Source: Lingula anatina (Eukaryota; Animalia; Brachiopoda). Taken from it: a stretch of 64,000 bases of DNA. Of this stretch, positions 1 to 12,954 are shown one piece after another (the stretch's first letter is position 1; every line of letters begins with the position of its first letter). The notes beneath the pieces were generated by a model. That model saw only the letters and a program-made list of their open reading frames with translations. It had not been told where the DNA came from and ran no database searches. The stretch covers positions 67,682,788 through 67,746,787 of the forward strand of contig CM120640.1 of the NCBI GenBank assembly GCA_051362555.1. The letters run 5' to 3'. Made by a program: the position numbers and the translations under genes.

Positions 1-960
1 TGGCCTGAAGACCTTTGCTAGTCACGTTTTCTGAATGTTCATGATACTAATATTTTATTATCAAAAATTGATGGTCATTATGTTGTTAAACATTGTGTAA
101 TGTTGCAAAATTTGAAGAAACCCCTATTTTGGGCACTGCTCCCATGATGACCATTTAAGGAAAACCATGTCACTTACTGTTCTCAAACTTACAGGAAAGA
201 AACATGGGTCTAAAATACAGCTTCAGTAGGCAATGCAGTCTGTTTGGTAAATTTTTCTGGCAATTAAACAGTTTTTTGTGAAAACTTAATTTTTCACATA
301 TTGGCATTTTCAAGGTGTGACTTAAAACCTCCACGGGCTTGAAGACCCATGCTAGTTACATTTTCTGAAAATCCATGATACGTTTATTTTATTATTAAAA
401 ATTGATGGTTATTATGCTGTTAGGCATTATGTAATATTGCATCAAAATAGAAGAAAACACAATTTTGGGTGCTGCTGCCATGATGACCATTATGGGAAAA
501 AGGTGTTACTTATGATTGTCAAACTTTCAAAAAGGAAACAGGAATAAAATGCAGCCTGAGTTGGAAAAGCAGTCCAATTGGCTTCTTCTTCTGGAAGTTA
601 TACATTTTAGTGAAATATTCATTATTATCGTATTGGCATATTCATTGTGGGACTCGGAGCTCCCATGGACATGAAGCAGAATGGTGATCCAATTTTCTAC
701 ATGTCCATCCTATTTATAGTCAATAAACAAAAATTGGTGATAATTATTCTCTAATTTATTATGTAATGTTACATTAAAATTGACAACAATCTTTTTGCAC
801 TGCTACTGCAAACATTATGAAAAAAAAAAACTGTGCTACTTATTATAATTTTAAACTTACAAGTACGATTTTTAGGATTGGCCTTCAGCTCATGAGAAAA
901 CCAGAGCTATTGGATTATCATGTTTATTGTATTTATGCATTTTTTGTGAAATTTTCATTT
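1..960 (+). repeat. Degenerate ~335-bp repeats from HINE family-2 internal region
   Basis: Unit gaagacctttgctagtcac...catgatgacc recurs at ~4 and ~338, and again at 1941/2278, ~11050, ~18860. Confidence 0.75.
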
Positions 961-963
961 TTA

Positions 964-3033
964 TGTACAGACACAGATGTGTCTGTACATATAGCCATCA
1001 TCTGCGTCTGTTGTCGCCGTCGTCGCCGTCGTGCACTTTTACCGATAACACGATAAGTGGAACACCGTTTTTGCTTTTGGCTTGAAACTTACAGAACTGG
1101 TGTATATTCCTAATACACAGGTCAAGTTCGAAAATCAGCATGATCGGGCCATTTTTAGGGAAGTTATGCTGTTTTTTCACTTTTTTCAGCATATATGCAG
1201 CACCGATAACACGATAAGTGGAAAACCATTTTACTTTTTGGCTTGAAACTTACAAAACTGATGAATATTCATAATCCGCAGGTCAAGTTCGAAAATCAGC
1301 ATGATCGGGTCATTTTTAGGGAAGTTACGCTGTTTTTTCACTTTTCTCAGCATATATGCAACACCAATAACACGATAAGTGAAATAACATTTTACCTTTT
1401 GGCTTGAAACTAACAGAACTGATGGATATTCATAATACGCAGGTCAAGTTCGAAAATCAGCATGATCGGGCCTTTATTTTAGAAGTTATGCTGTTTTTTC
1501 ACATTTCCTCAGATTCAATTATTAGGCACATTAACAGTCTCATTATTTAACTAATAAGATACGTAAAAGTGTTTGTTTGATATTTCCTGCATTTTTACAA
1601 CATTTTTAATTGATTGTGTAAAAATGATGGTAAACTTGTTATTGTGTATTGTGTAATAAAGTGTCAAAAATGGTAATAAACTCATGATTGCAGTTTGTCA
1701 GATTCAATCATCCACTATGTTCAGAATCTCAGAATGGAGGAAATTGGACATTAAACACTGTTCTATTGATATTTTTCCCATCTCATCAATTTTCTTAGTT
1801 GGTCATATAAAAATGGCAACAAACTGTTTATTTTGTTTTATGTTAAAAAAATGTTAAAAATGGAAATAAACCCATTTCAGAACAGTGCTGTCTTGTTTAC
1901 ATTTTGGCATTTTTAAGATGTGACTTTGAAGTTTCATGAGCCTGAAGACCTTTGCTAATCATATTTTCTGAATATTCATGATACTAATATTTTATGATTA
2001 AAAATTGATGGTCATTATGCTGTTAAACATTATGTAATATTGCATCAAAACTTGAAGAAACCCCTATTTTGGGCACTGCTCCCATGATGACCATTTAAGA
2101 AAAACCATGTCACTTACTGTTTTCAAACTTACAGGAAAGAAACATAGGGCTAAAATACAGCTTCAGTAGGCAATGCAGTCTGTTTGGTAATTTTTTCTGG
2201 CAGTTAAACAGTTTTTTGTGAAAATTTAATTTTTCACATATTGGCATTTTCAAGGTGTGACTTTGAAGTTCCATGAGCCTGCAGACCTTTGCTAGTCACG
2301 TTTTCTGAATGTTCATGTTACTAATATTCTATTATTAAAAATTGATGGTCATTATGCTGTTAAACATTATGTAATATTGCATCAAAATTTGAAGAAACCC
2401 CTATTTTGGGCACTGCTCCCATGATGACCATTTAAGAAAAACCATGTCACTTACTGTTTGCAAACTTACAGGAAAGAAACATGGGGCTAAAATACAGCTT
2501 CAGTAGGCAATGCAGTCTGTTTGGTAATTTTTTCTGGCAGTTAAACAGTTTAATGCTATTTATAGTCAATAATCAAAAATTGGTGATAATTATTCTGTAA
2601 TTTATTATGTAATGTCACATCAAAATTGACAAAAATCTTTTTGCACTGCTACTACAAACATTATAAAAAAGAAAACTGTGTTACTTATTATTATTTCTAA
2701 CTTACAAGTATGATTTTTAGGATTGGCATGCAGTTCAAATTAGAAAGCCAGCTCAATTGGGTTATCATTGAATTTATGCAATTTTGTGTGAAATTTTCAT
2801 TTTTCTCATTCTGGCATTTTCAAAGTGTGAACTTGAACTCCCATGGGCCTGAAGCCTTATTCTCGTTACACATTTTACTTGCATTGGTATTACCTGTTGA
2901 GCATAATTAAAATTTGATGTTGAATTTGCAGTTAAGCATAATGTACTTTTGCATCAGAATTGACAGTAGCCTATTTTGTGCATTGTTATTTTCTTCTTTT
3001 TGTCTGAACATTTGACAGCTTTGCTGCCTTGTT
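964..3033 (+). mobile_element. Helentron/HINE-like non-autonomous element, family 2, complete
   Basis: 5' hairpin TGTACAGACAC-agat-GTGTCTGTACA, (GTCGTCGCC)n, three 161-bp monomers (1044/1205/1366), 337-bp repeats, 3' subTIR tgtctg(a/t)aca + GACAGCtttGCTGCC hairpin + TTGTT. Confidence 0.8.
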
Positions 3034-3066
3034 AATTTATCTAATTATTTTCTGTCTATAATTCAG

Positions 3067-3150
3067 GTACTGTATGAGTTGGCCTCAAAACAAAACATCA
3101 GGAAGCCTGTTCTTCATGGTCTTCTGTTGGATTTTCCTTGGACTTAAAAA
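3067..3150 (+). CDS. Candidate far-upstream IAP exon with ATG at 3074
   Basis: Pyrimidine tract + attcAG|3067; donor AAA|GTAAGA. Only one frame is open (MSWPQNKTSGSLFFMVFCWIFLGLK) and it ends phase 2, matching the phase-2 start of exon 44468. Confidence 0.38.
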
Positions 3151-3970
3151 GTAAGACATTTTATAATAATGCATCTCTCTCTCTTTCTATCTGCACTAAT
3201 GCACAATACTAATTAAAAGGTGTGTTTTGAATATATGGAATGAATAATTTTCTTGTTGTTTTGGAAATTCTTTTCCATCTCATTAAAAAAAGAATTGTAG
3301 TAAATTTGTTTTGTTTAAATCCAAATCCATATTTGTTGCATATCCTTTCAAGATATGTTATCAGCATTTTGGAAATGAATATTCTCAAGTCATATTTTCA
3401 ATATCTACCTATCCAACACCAAACATAAAGTTACATTTTGAGATAGCAACCTCTTTTGAATACCTTCTGATTTGATGCCCACCATGAATTGATCTCTTTA
3501 ACTGTCAGCTACGTTGTCTCCAAAGTTGTCTCCAAAATTTTTCTATCTTAAAACTTGAGAAAACTTTATATAAGGGACTGACCTGGAAGTTGCACTGTCT
3601 TTTGAAACTTGAATCTTTCTGCCACTACCAGTCTTTTGGGTCTAAAGAGTTATGTATTGTGACATTGTGTTTAACTTTGATTTTCTGAGAAAATGCAATC
3701 AAATGAAACTGGTTGAGTTCATACAATATTTATATGTTACTACCACAGTTTTCTTGAATTTAATGTATAATTCTTAAAAGATATATCCTGTTGGATGTTA
3801 CACTTGGCACTGATTGAATGCATGCACAGTGGTATGTGACATCACTTGCATTGCATGTTAGTTAGTAACTGGGAGGTTAATCTGTCAGTTAAGTTAAATT
3901 GAGACACATTTTCTATTACTGTGTTCTGAATAATATCTAACCCTACCTTGGCAGCCATCACTGGCATATA

Positions 3971-4571
3971 CAGGGTGACAAAAAAAAAAAAAAAAAAAAA
4001 AAAGGTCATCACCTAAACCTGAATAACTTTTGAAATAAATAATCAATTCCTTTTATTTTTCAGATTTATCAAGTTTATTTATAGTTTATGTTCTAAGAGT
4101 CTACCAAATTCGACCTTCAAGATGCCATGGACTACTGAGGAAAAGACATTTATAGTTGAGGTATATTTTCGGTTGAAGTCTATCCACGCAGCTCAATTGC
4201 AATTCAAAGAACGGTTCAGATGTCGAGAATTTCCTGTCCACTCAATGATCTACAGATGGGTCAACAAGTTCAGAACCCATGGGACTGTGCAAAACCTCAG
4301 TTGTAAAGACACTAACAGACAATCACACTTTGGACGACCAAAATCATCAAGGACACCACACAACATTGCTGCAGTTAGAGACTCTGTTGTCTGCAACCCA
4401 AGCAACTATAAATGTCTTTTCCTCAGTAATCCATGGCATCTCGAAGGTCGAATTTGGTAGACTCTTAGAACATTATTTTTTCTTGATAAATCTGAAAAAT
4501 AAAAGGAATTGATTATTTATTTCAAAAGTTATTCAAGTTTAGGTGATGACCGTTTTTTTTTTGTCACCCTG
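3971..4571 (+). mobile_element. Internally deleted Tc1/mariner-superfamily element
   Basis: TA TSD (3969-70, 4572-73); ~100-bp TIRs starting CAGGGTGAC; internal ORF encodes only a transposase N-terminus. Confidence 0.9.
4122..4460 (+). pseudogene. Truncated transposase N-terminus (DUF4817-like HTH + GRPK)
   Basis: MPWTTEEKTFIVEVYF...IYRWVNKFRTHGTV...GRPKSSRTPHNIAAVRDSV; no catalytic domain. Confidence 0.8.

Positions 4572-4578
<7 letters not shown>

Positions 4579-4632
<54 letters not shown>
4579..4632. repeat. (TA)n microsatellite
   Basis: Pure TA run; others at ~41971-42038, ~43723-43790, ~62028-62084. Confidence 0.95.
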
Positions 4633-4635
<3 letters not shown>

Positions 4636-4898
4636 CTGAATGAAAATTATCATCATTATATGCCAAAGTTGAAAACTAGCTCTTTCCACCTACATGTATT
4701 TCTTCTGTAATTGAACTTGATATTATATATACTTTACATATTTTTTTTTAAGGTGCCTGTACCAGTCCAATATATCATCAATCTTCATGAGAATGTTGGA
4801 GAATTTAATATCATCAGGCATATATAAACAATTAAAAGATGTGATGAGACTTCTCCTAGGGCTATTGTACATTGGAGTCATGAAAGGTAAGGCATTTA

Positions 4899-5409
4899 AG
4901 GGGCCCGCACACGGTGAGCATTTGGCGCGCGCCACTTGCGCTGCGCCGGTTTCTCATCGTGTGCGGGGGTATTTTGGTGAGATTTTTGCCTCATGCGCGG
5001 CTGAGCAAAATTTCTCACGTGTTTGATTTTTTTGGTCTCTTGAGGCAAATGTCTCAGTGTGTGCGGGGTGCAAGCGCCGATTGCTCACGCCATGCTAACA
5101 ATGCGCATGTGCCAGTAGCCGGAAACAAACAAGAATGGCAGCCCCCAGCGAAGTCGACAAAAATGTACACAGTTATAGTTAGTCTGATTGATCAACGTGG
5201 TCACCATTATCCATTACTATCAGAAAAAACAACAATATGTAATGTTTCCTTAAACACATGACCCCACAGTTCACAGTGCGTCCGCTAGGGGCAGGCCGGG
5301 AGGCATCTCTGCTGAGCAAAGAGCGCATCGTTTGCGGGGAGCTGAGGAGCGCGAGCATCTGGCGCAGTGCAAGTGGCGCGCGCCAAATGCTCACCGTGTG
5401 CAGGCCCCT
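4899..5409. mobile_element. PIF/Harbinger-type MITE
   Basis: ~50-bp TIRs AGGGGCC(C/T)GCACACGGTGAGCATTTGGCGCGCGCCACTTGC; TTA TSD at 4896-98 and 5410-12. Confidence 0.88.
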
Positions 5410-5529
5410 TTATAGTCCAGTTTTCATTTCTATAATTAGTGTCAAAGAGTAGCACCTGTTGAAAAATAATCTACAACCTAAAAATTATAATTTAAAGTGA
5501 TTTATGTGATAATTTTCATAGCAGTCAAC

Positions 5530-6570
5530 CTTTGTTTATATACATGTGCATATCTGTTTATATTGAGGTAGATCATTGCCTCTGCTCTTGTTATTACTGT
5601 TGCCATTGCCATGGCTGTTTGAAACATCAGTTCCCATTAGTGCCAAACAGTATTTTCATTTTTATGTACAGACACAGATGTGTCTGTACATACAGCTGTC
5701 ACCTGCGTCTGTCATTGCCCTTACCGTGCACTTTTACCACTGATAACAGGATAAATGGTATCTGTTTATATTCATATCGATTATTGCCTCTGCTCATGTC
5801 ACCACTGTTGCCATTGCCATGGCTGTTTGAAACATCAGTTCCTATTAGTGCCAAACAGTATTTTCATGTACAGACAGATGGAAAGAAAGAAAAACCATAT
5901 CACTTACGCTTCTTACATTTACATTAAAGAAACAAAGGATTGAAATACAGCTTCAGTTAGAAAATCTGTCTCATTAGTTAATTTTCTGGAAGTTATAGTT
6001 TTTTTGTGAAAATTTAATTTTTCACTTTACAGCATTTTCAAGGTGTGACTTTGAACTTCTGTGGGCTTGAAGACCTTTGCAAGTCAAATTTTCTGAAAAT
6101 CCAGGATACTTTTATTTTGCTATTAAAAATTGATGGTCATTTTACTGTTAATCATTATGTAATGTTACATCAAAATTGAAGAAAACCCTATCTTGGGCAC
6201 TTCCTTTATAGTGACCATTAAAGGAAAACCATGTTACTTACTTTACTCAAACTTACAGAAAAGTAACAAAGGCTTAAAATACAGCCTGGGTGGGAAAAGC
6301 AGTCTAATTGGCTTCTTTTCCAGTGGTACATTATGGGAAATTTATATCTTTCACATATTGGCATTTTCAATGTGGGACTCCCATTGGCATGAAGCCCAGT
6401 GGTAATCAAATTTTCTTAATGTCCATGTTGTTAAAAGTAGTTGTAAAAAATTAAAAATTGGTGATATTTATATAGTTAATCATTATGTAATTTTACATCA
6501 AAATTGACAAAAAACCTACTATGTGCACTACCACCATAAACATTATGAAAAGAAAACTGTGTTACTTATT
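5530..6570 (+). mobile_element. Degenerate HINE family-2 copy with local ~208-bp duplication
   Basis: 5' hairpin at 5665; 5552-5659 repeated at 5760-5867; then diverged 337-bp-type unit. Confidence 0.65.
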
Positions 6571-8200
6571 AGTACCATGGCGGTACTCATGGTTTTAGTC
6601 CCGACCCGTCTCGTACAGCTCCGCCGGCTCCTGCAGCTCCGCAGGATGACGTGGGATACAAGTCACCGTTACCGCTTCTCCTCTTAGACCGCAAGGACCT
6701 GTGTCTCCATCTCTTGGATTTAGGTCACATACAATCTCAACTTGAACACCTAGGTTTTTTTGTCTCAGTTGGTGCATTGACCTGGGCGTGACGCTCGTTG
6801 AAACGTACCCTTGTGAAAATTTTTGAAAATTCAATGCTAAATATTTCCCAAACCGATGGAATTATGGGAAAAAATTCTACAGATGGCTGACCGAAAGTCA
6901 TATGTGAGGATTTCAAATATTCCCTTGGATTTGACCTTTGACCTTTATTTCAAGGTCAAACAGGCCAAAATTTTCTAAAAATAGGAATTTTTTGCAAGAA
7001 AATTTTTATTTCAGCCGATTTTCAGAAACTAAACAGATCTTACCTATAATATTATGGGCAGGTGATACCCTTAGGGTCATCTTTCATTTTCGTGAGTTTG
7101 GGGTCAATCGGTGCATTTTCATGGTAGCAGCGGCCATTAGATGCCGAAACTGAAAACTCTCTCTAATTCTGGTACCGTTAATGCTAGAGACCTCTTGTTT
7201 TATGCATTTTGTAGAACTTGTCAAGGGCAACACTTGGGGTGGTGTCTATTTTTTTGTTTTCAATACGGCTTAGGCATTGCACTATATAAAAAGTTCAACA
7301 TCCTAAATTCAATGGTGAAAATAAAATGTGAAATACTCAAAAATTAGTAGAGATATGCCCATAGTTACTTTTGAACTTGAATAGGAAGTCATATACTGGT
7401 AATCTAACTGTGACCTTGAAATTGACCTTTGACCTACTTTTCATGATGAACTGCACTTTGCAAGTTTTCTGATCTTTATATCTCCAAAACTGGCAAAGAT
7501 ACACCCATAGTTACTATTGAACTTGAATAGGAAGTCATATAATGGCAATCTAACTGTGATCCTGAAATTGACATTTGACCTAATTTTCACCATGAACTGA
7601 ACTTTGCAAATTTTCCAGCCCTTATATCTCTAAAACTGGCAGAGATACATCCATAGTTACTGTTGAACTTGAGTGGGAAGTCATATACTGGCAATCTAAC
7701 TGTGACCTTGAAATTGACCTTTGACCTTCTTTTCACCATGAACTGAACTTTGAAATATTTCTCTCCATTATATCTCGAAAACTGGCAGAGATAAGCCCAT
7801 AGTTACTATTGAACCTAAATAGGAAGTCATATACTGGCAATCTAACTGTGACCTTGAAATTGACATTTGACCTACTTTTTATGATGAACTGTACTTTGCA
7901 TGTTTTCTGGCCTTTACATTTCCAAAATTGGCAAGGAAATGCCCATAGTTACTATTGAACTTGAATAGAAAGTCATATACTGTGACCTTGAAATTGACTT
8001 ACTTTTTCATCATGAACTGAACTTTGCATATTTTCTTGCCCCTGACATCTTCAAAACTAGCGGAGATATGCCCAGTGTTGCCCCTAGGTTTTCTCTTTTG
8101 TCAGCATATATGCAACACTGATAACTCATTTCAAGGAAAACCAATAGGCCTATTGTCTAGAAAATCATAGGAGTGATCAATGTTAGGAAAATACAGGCTA
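6571..8200 (+). mobile_element. HINE family 1, subfamily A, 3'-truncated
   Basis: Collapsed 5' hairpin agtaccatggcggtact, GGCTCC(GCC/TGC) repeats, core, ~5 146-bp monomers; colinear with the 22548 copy until ~8200. Confidence 0.8.
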
Positions 8201-9085
8201 ATAAGGTTGCGCGACAAGGTTATTTATAGTTGCACCCTGGATTACGCACGCTTGCTCCGCAAGGTGTCGCCTGTGGTGGTGGGGGGGGGGGGGGGGCGGC
8301 ACAGCCCATATGGTTACTGTGGCGAATGTGACAGGTACTTCCAAACATTTTTTCATAACTGTCATTATTCCTCATTCTATTCACAAATTTGATATTTACG
8401 GCAATGGAAAATGTGGCACTGACAAAAGTGGGTCTTGGTGCGTTGACAGGCCGCACAGGTGTCTCCAATTAACCGCCGCCAGAGAAAAGACCCCAAGCAT
8501 TAAACAACAAGACCTGTAGATATTGGAAATTTGGCAAAGTTAAGCAACTGAGGCTTTATTAGATTTGGGCAGAAATCGAGAGGAATGTCCAGTGACATGC
8601 CAAACCTCTAAGTTCAAGTCTTGGTCCCTGTCATCAGTAACGCACCCCTTAGTCAAGAATCTGAACAAATCAATGTTGGGCAGGTATGCTCTATTTTCTA
8701 CAGACGTTTTGTGATTTTATCAACTTGATTGTCAAGTGCCAGACCTTTTGTTCCCAGGTGCTAGTAGCAAACTTTATCAGATAACAATCTGACACTAACT
8801 ATGCTGCACTAACAGCGCTGTAAACCCAGTTATCAATGCTGTCATCTTTACCTGTATCTTTACCGGTATTATGCCAGTGGTACGTTTGCTACATTTGAGT
8901 AAGGAAATATGCTTTGATGCTTATATTTATTTGTAATACGTTTACCTCAACCTGTTAATAAAAACTTGGAAACTTTCAATGTTATTACACAATAACAGTA
9001 TAATAGTGGGAGATGTTATGATTAAATGCTTAGAAGAAATAAGAAAAGATTATGTGAAATATAAAATGAATTAATTTTATTTGGG

Positions 9086-9116
<31 letters not shown>

Positions 9117-9895
9117 TTTCAAACCAATTAATTATCAAACATGAAGCTTATTTTTAGAAACATTAACAGATATTACTGCAATATACACCTGCTGGTACAC
9201 AGATCTACAGTTCTAAAATGCAAATACCTTTCACACACCACTGATGAAATGTGAATAATCATATGTATAAAGCAGTAAAAATATCACAAAATGCGTGTAG
9301 GCAAGATATTTCTACAAGTAACCTCATTAATCACTCGGGAAACTTCATAATGCATTTAATAAATGTAGAAATTTGAGCAAAAGAAATTCTACATACAGGC
9401 ATGACAGATATACCATATATTGCCACCAACCCTAAACTGAATGGGCATAGAAATAACTAAGTGAATCTCCCTCCCATTAAAAATGAATAATAAAAAAATA
9501 ATAAAAACAGATACTGTCAGTCTTAATACTGAAAAACAATGGCATCTTGCAGCCTTCACTGCCTCACTATTTGCAGACAACGATCTAGTCACTTTAACTG
9601 TGTACTTTTGATGAGGCATAGATGCAAGAATAACTCCTTTGAAGTATATTGTGAAGGTCTCTTTTGTCATAAATCTGCCACGTATAACCTGAATGTACAT
9701 ATTGCAATGCACACCGCAGCAGCTTGTCTTAGTAAGGACTCAACCAGTTGAAAACAGCTTCAGGGACAAGATCACACCATATACCCTTGTCTTGTCTCTT
9801 ATCTATGTCTTGTCCTCCTAGTTTCTCTAATACCATTTCCCCTGATCTATGCTTACATCAATCTGTACAACTTTACCAACAGCTACACATTTTTA

Positions 9896-12880
9896 TGTAC
9901 AGACACAGATGTGTCTGTACATATAGCCATCATCTGCGTCTGTCGTCGCCGTCGTCGCTGTCGTCGCCGCCGTCGCCGTGCACTTTTACCGATAACACGA
10001 TAAGTGGAAAACCATTTTACCTTTTGACTTGAAACTTGCAGAACTGATGAATATTCATAATACGCAGGTCAAGTTCGAAAATCAGCATGATCGGGTCACT
10101 TTTAGGGAATTTATGCTGTTTTTTCACTTTTTTCAGCATATATGCAGCACCGATAACACGATAAGTGGAAAACCATTTTACCTTTTGACTTAAAACTTAC
10201 AGAACTGATGAATATTCATAATACGCAGGTCAAGTTCGAAAATCAGCATGATCGGGTCACTTTTAGGGAATTTATGCTGTTTTTTCACTTTTTTCAGCAT
10301 ATATGCAGCACCGATAACACGATAAGTGGAAAACCATTTTACCTTTTGACTTGAAACTTACAGAACTGATGAATATTCATAATACGCAGTTCAAGTTTGT
10401 AAATCGGCATGATCGGGTCACTTTTAGGTAATTTATGCTGTTTTTTCACTATTTTCAATATAAATGCAACACTGATAACACAATATAAGAAAAACGGATT
10501 GGCCAATTGTAATTATACTCACAGGAGTGGTCAATCTTACTAAAACGCAGATTGAGTTCGAAAATAAGCATATTCGGGCCATTACTTAAGAAGTTATGCT
10601 GTTTTTTCACATTTCCTCAGATTCAGTTATTAGGCATGTTAACAGTCTCATTATTTAACTAATAAGATGCCTAAAAGTGTTTGTTCGATATTTCCTGCAT
10701 CTTTACAACATTATTAGTTGATTATGTAAAAAACATGGTAAACTTGTTATCATGTATTGTGTAATAAAGTGTCAAAAATGGAAATAAACTCATATCATTG
10801 CAGTTTGTCAGATTCAATCATCCACTATGTTCAGAATCTCAGAATGGAGGAAATTGGACATTTAACACTGTTCTATTGATACTTTTCCCATCTCATCAAT
10901 TTTCTTAGTTGGACATATAAAAATGGCAGTAAAATGTTTATTTTGTTTTATGTTAAAAAAGTGTTAAAAATGGAAATAAACCCATTTCAGAACAGTGCTG
11001 TCTTGTTTACATTTTGGCATTATCAAGGCGTGACTTTGAAGTTCCATGGGCCTGAAGACCTTTGCTAGTCACATTTTCTGAATATCTGTGATACTAATAT
11101 TTTATAATTAAAAATTGATGGTCATTAACTCATTGTCCCCTGCAGTGACTGCTGCACGATCCCCTACAGCCATTAACACCAAATCTGGCCACCACCATGT
11201 GGTGGCGCCACTGTCAGCACTCTTCTATATCCCTGAGGAAATTCAATATGGCCTTTTTCTAGGTCTGTTGTTTTGTTTGTTTCAAATTTTCAGGGTTCTT
11301 AAGGCATGAAATTGGTATAATATGAAATTCTTTATAACTGGACATATTCAAAATATTGCTATTTATTGAATTTGGAAGATCAAGTCGGAATTATTTGGTC
11401 TATAAAAATTGAACAATGAATATAAGTTCAACAACTGTTTATAAATATATAAAATATACATCATAATACTTATTTAGATTATATCAACAGGTACAAAAAA
11501 ATACAAAATTCTACAAAATATAATTAAAAGATGAGCATCAGATTACAAAAAAGTATATTTATTATCTGTATTATGCAGTTGTGATAAGATAAGCATCATC
11601 TTAAAAATACTACATGAACCCTGACACCGAGACATGCTTTTAGTTGTTCTTTCCACTTAGAGTCATTGTATGTTGCATATGCATTTATATTTTCCAACAA
11701 ATTGTTCAGTATTTCATCAGTAAAGAACAGTTTTTAAAGTCTAGTTAGTCTTTGTCTCCCGTCAGTTCATGTGTGAATCCAGGCAGTTCACCACAGAAAT
11801 GCTCCTTGTCCACCTCCCACAGATCGTTTTTCCACTGACTTCTTCTAAAATCTTCACTAATGCTGCCTAATTCACTTTCAGACTATGTCTGTAAAGTGTT
11901 ATTCAAAAGAAATAAAGCTCAAATTATGGCTGTCAGACTCACTGTCACTAACAAATCCCGAAAATTCAGACCCAGAGCTCTCATCAAAAATACTCTGTAT
12001 TTCCTCCATGTGTAGATTTCCCGCAACCCTCAAAATGTTTACATTTTGTTCTATAGTACTCTCCTTTTTATTGGCCAAAAGAAAAGCAACAACCAATCAG
12101 AAAATGAGCTATTTAAAACTTACCAATCAAAGTTTCTTTCTCATGCCGTCATATGAAGTCGCTAGGCAAGGGGCCCGCCATATTGGATGCCGTCATATGA
12201 CGGCAGTCGGGAATGGGTACTATTAATATTACGACGTCAAATGACGACGCTCGGGATGAAAATAAGAAAACATTGTCGGCAAATGACGGCGGTAGGGGAC
12301 AATGAGTTAAGCTGTTAAACATTATGTAATATTGCATCAAAATTTGAAGAAACCCCCATTTTGGGCACTGCTTCCATGATGACCATTTAAGGAAAATCAT
12401 GTCACTTACTGTTTTCAAACTTACAGGATAGAAACATGGGACTAAAATACAGCTTCAGTAGGCAATGCAGTCTGTTTGGGTTTTTTTTTTTTTATTTTTA
12501 TTTTTATTTTTTTTTTGGCAGTTAAACAGTTTTTTGTGAAAATTTAATTTTTCACATATTGGCATTTTCAAGGTGTGACTTTAAAGTTCCATGATCTTGA
12601 AGACTTTTGCTTGTCACATTTTCTGAATGTTTTTCTGTTGGAAGACCACAAAAATGGAGGATGGATCAACATAGATACTTTGGAATAATGTCAGAAAATA
12701 TCTCTGGGTCCGCTCATGTTATTGACCATGGTACCTGTTGTGCATGATTAAAATTCAGTGTTTACTGACAGTGCTATTATTAGCATTATTTATTATTGCA
12801 TCAAAATTGACAAAATGACCTATTTTGCATCTTTATTTTCTGTTTTTTGTCTGTACATTTGACAGCTTTGCTGCCTTGTT
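9896..12880 (+). mobile_element. HINE family 2, complete, interrupted by piggyBac relic
   Basis: Same 5' hairpin and microsatellite; 161-bp monomers at 9991/10152/10313; 3' end tgtctgtacatttgacagctttgctgccttgtt. Confidence 0.82.
11129..12306 (-). mobile_element. Internally deleted piggyBac-like transposon
   Basis: TTAA TSDs (11125-28, 12307-10), 13-bp TIR CTCATTGTCCCCT; - strand relics MEEIQSIFDESSGSEFSGF and LFFTDEILNNLLENINAYA; empty site ggtcattatgctgttaa in sister repeats. Confidence 0.85.
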
Positions 12881-12954
12881 TACATCTGAAAGTATAAAGC
12901 CAAAATTGTAATAAAGCACTATCAATTCACTTGTTATATATTGATTTGAGGGCA

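Noticed and set aside
8200-9890. Unassigned sequence truncating the 6571 element
   Set aside because: No TIR pair, TSD or protein motif found by eye.
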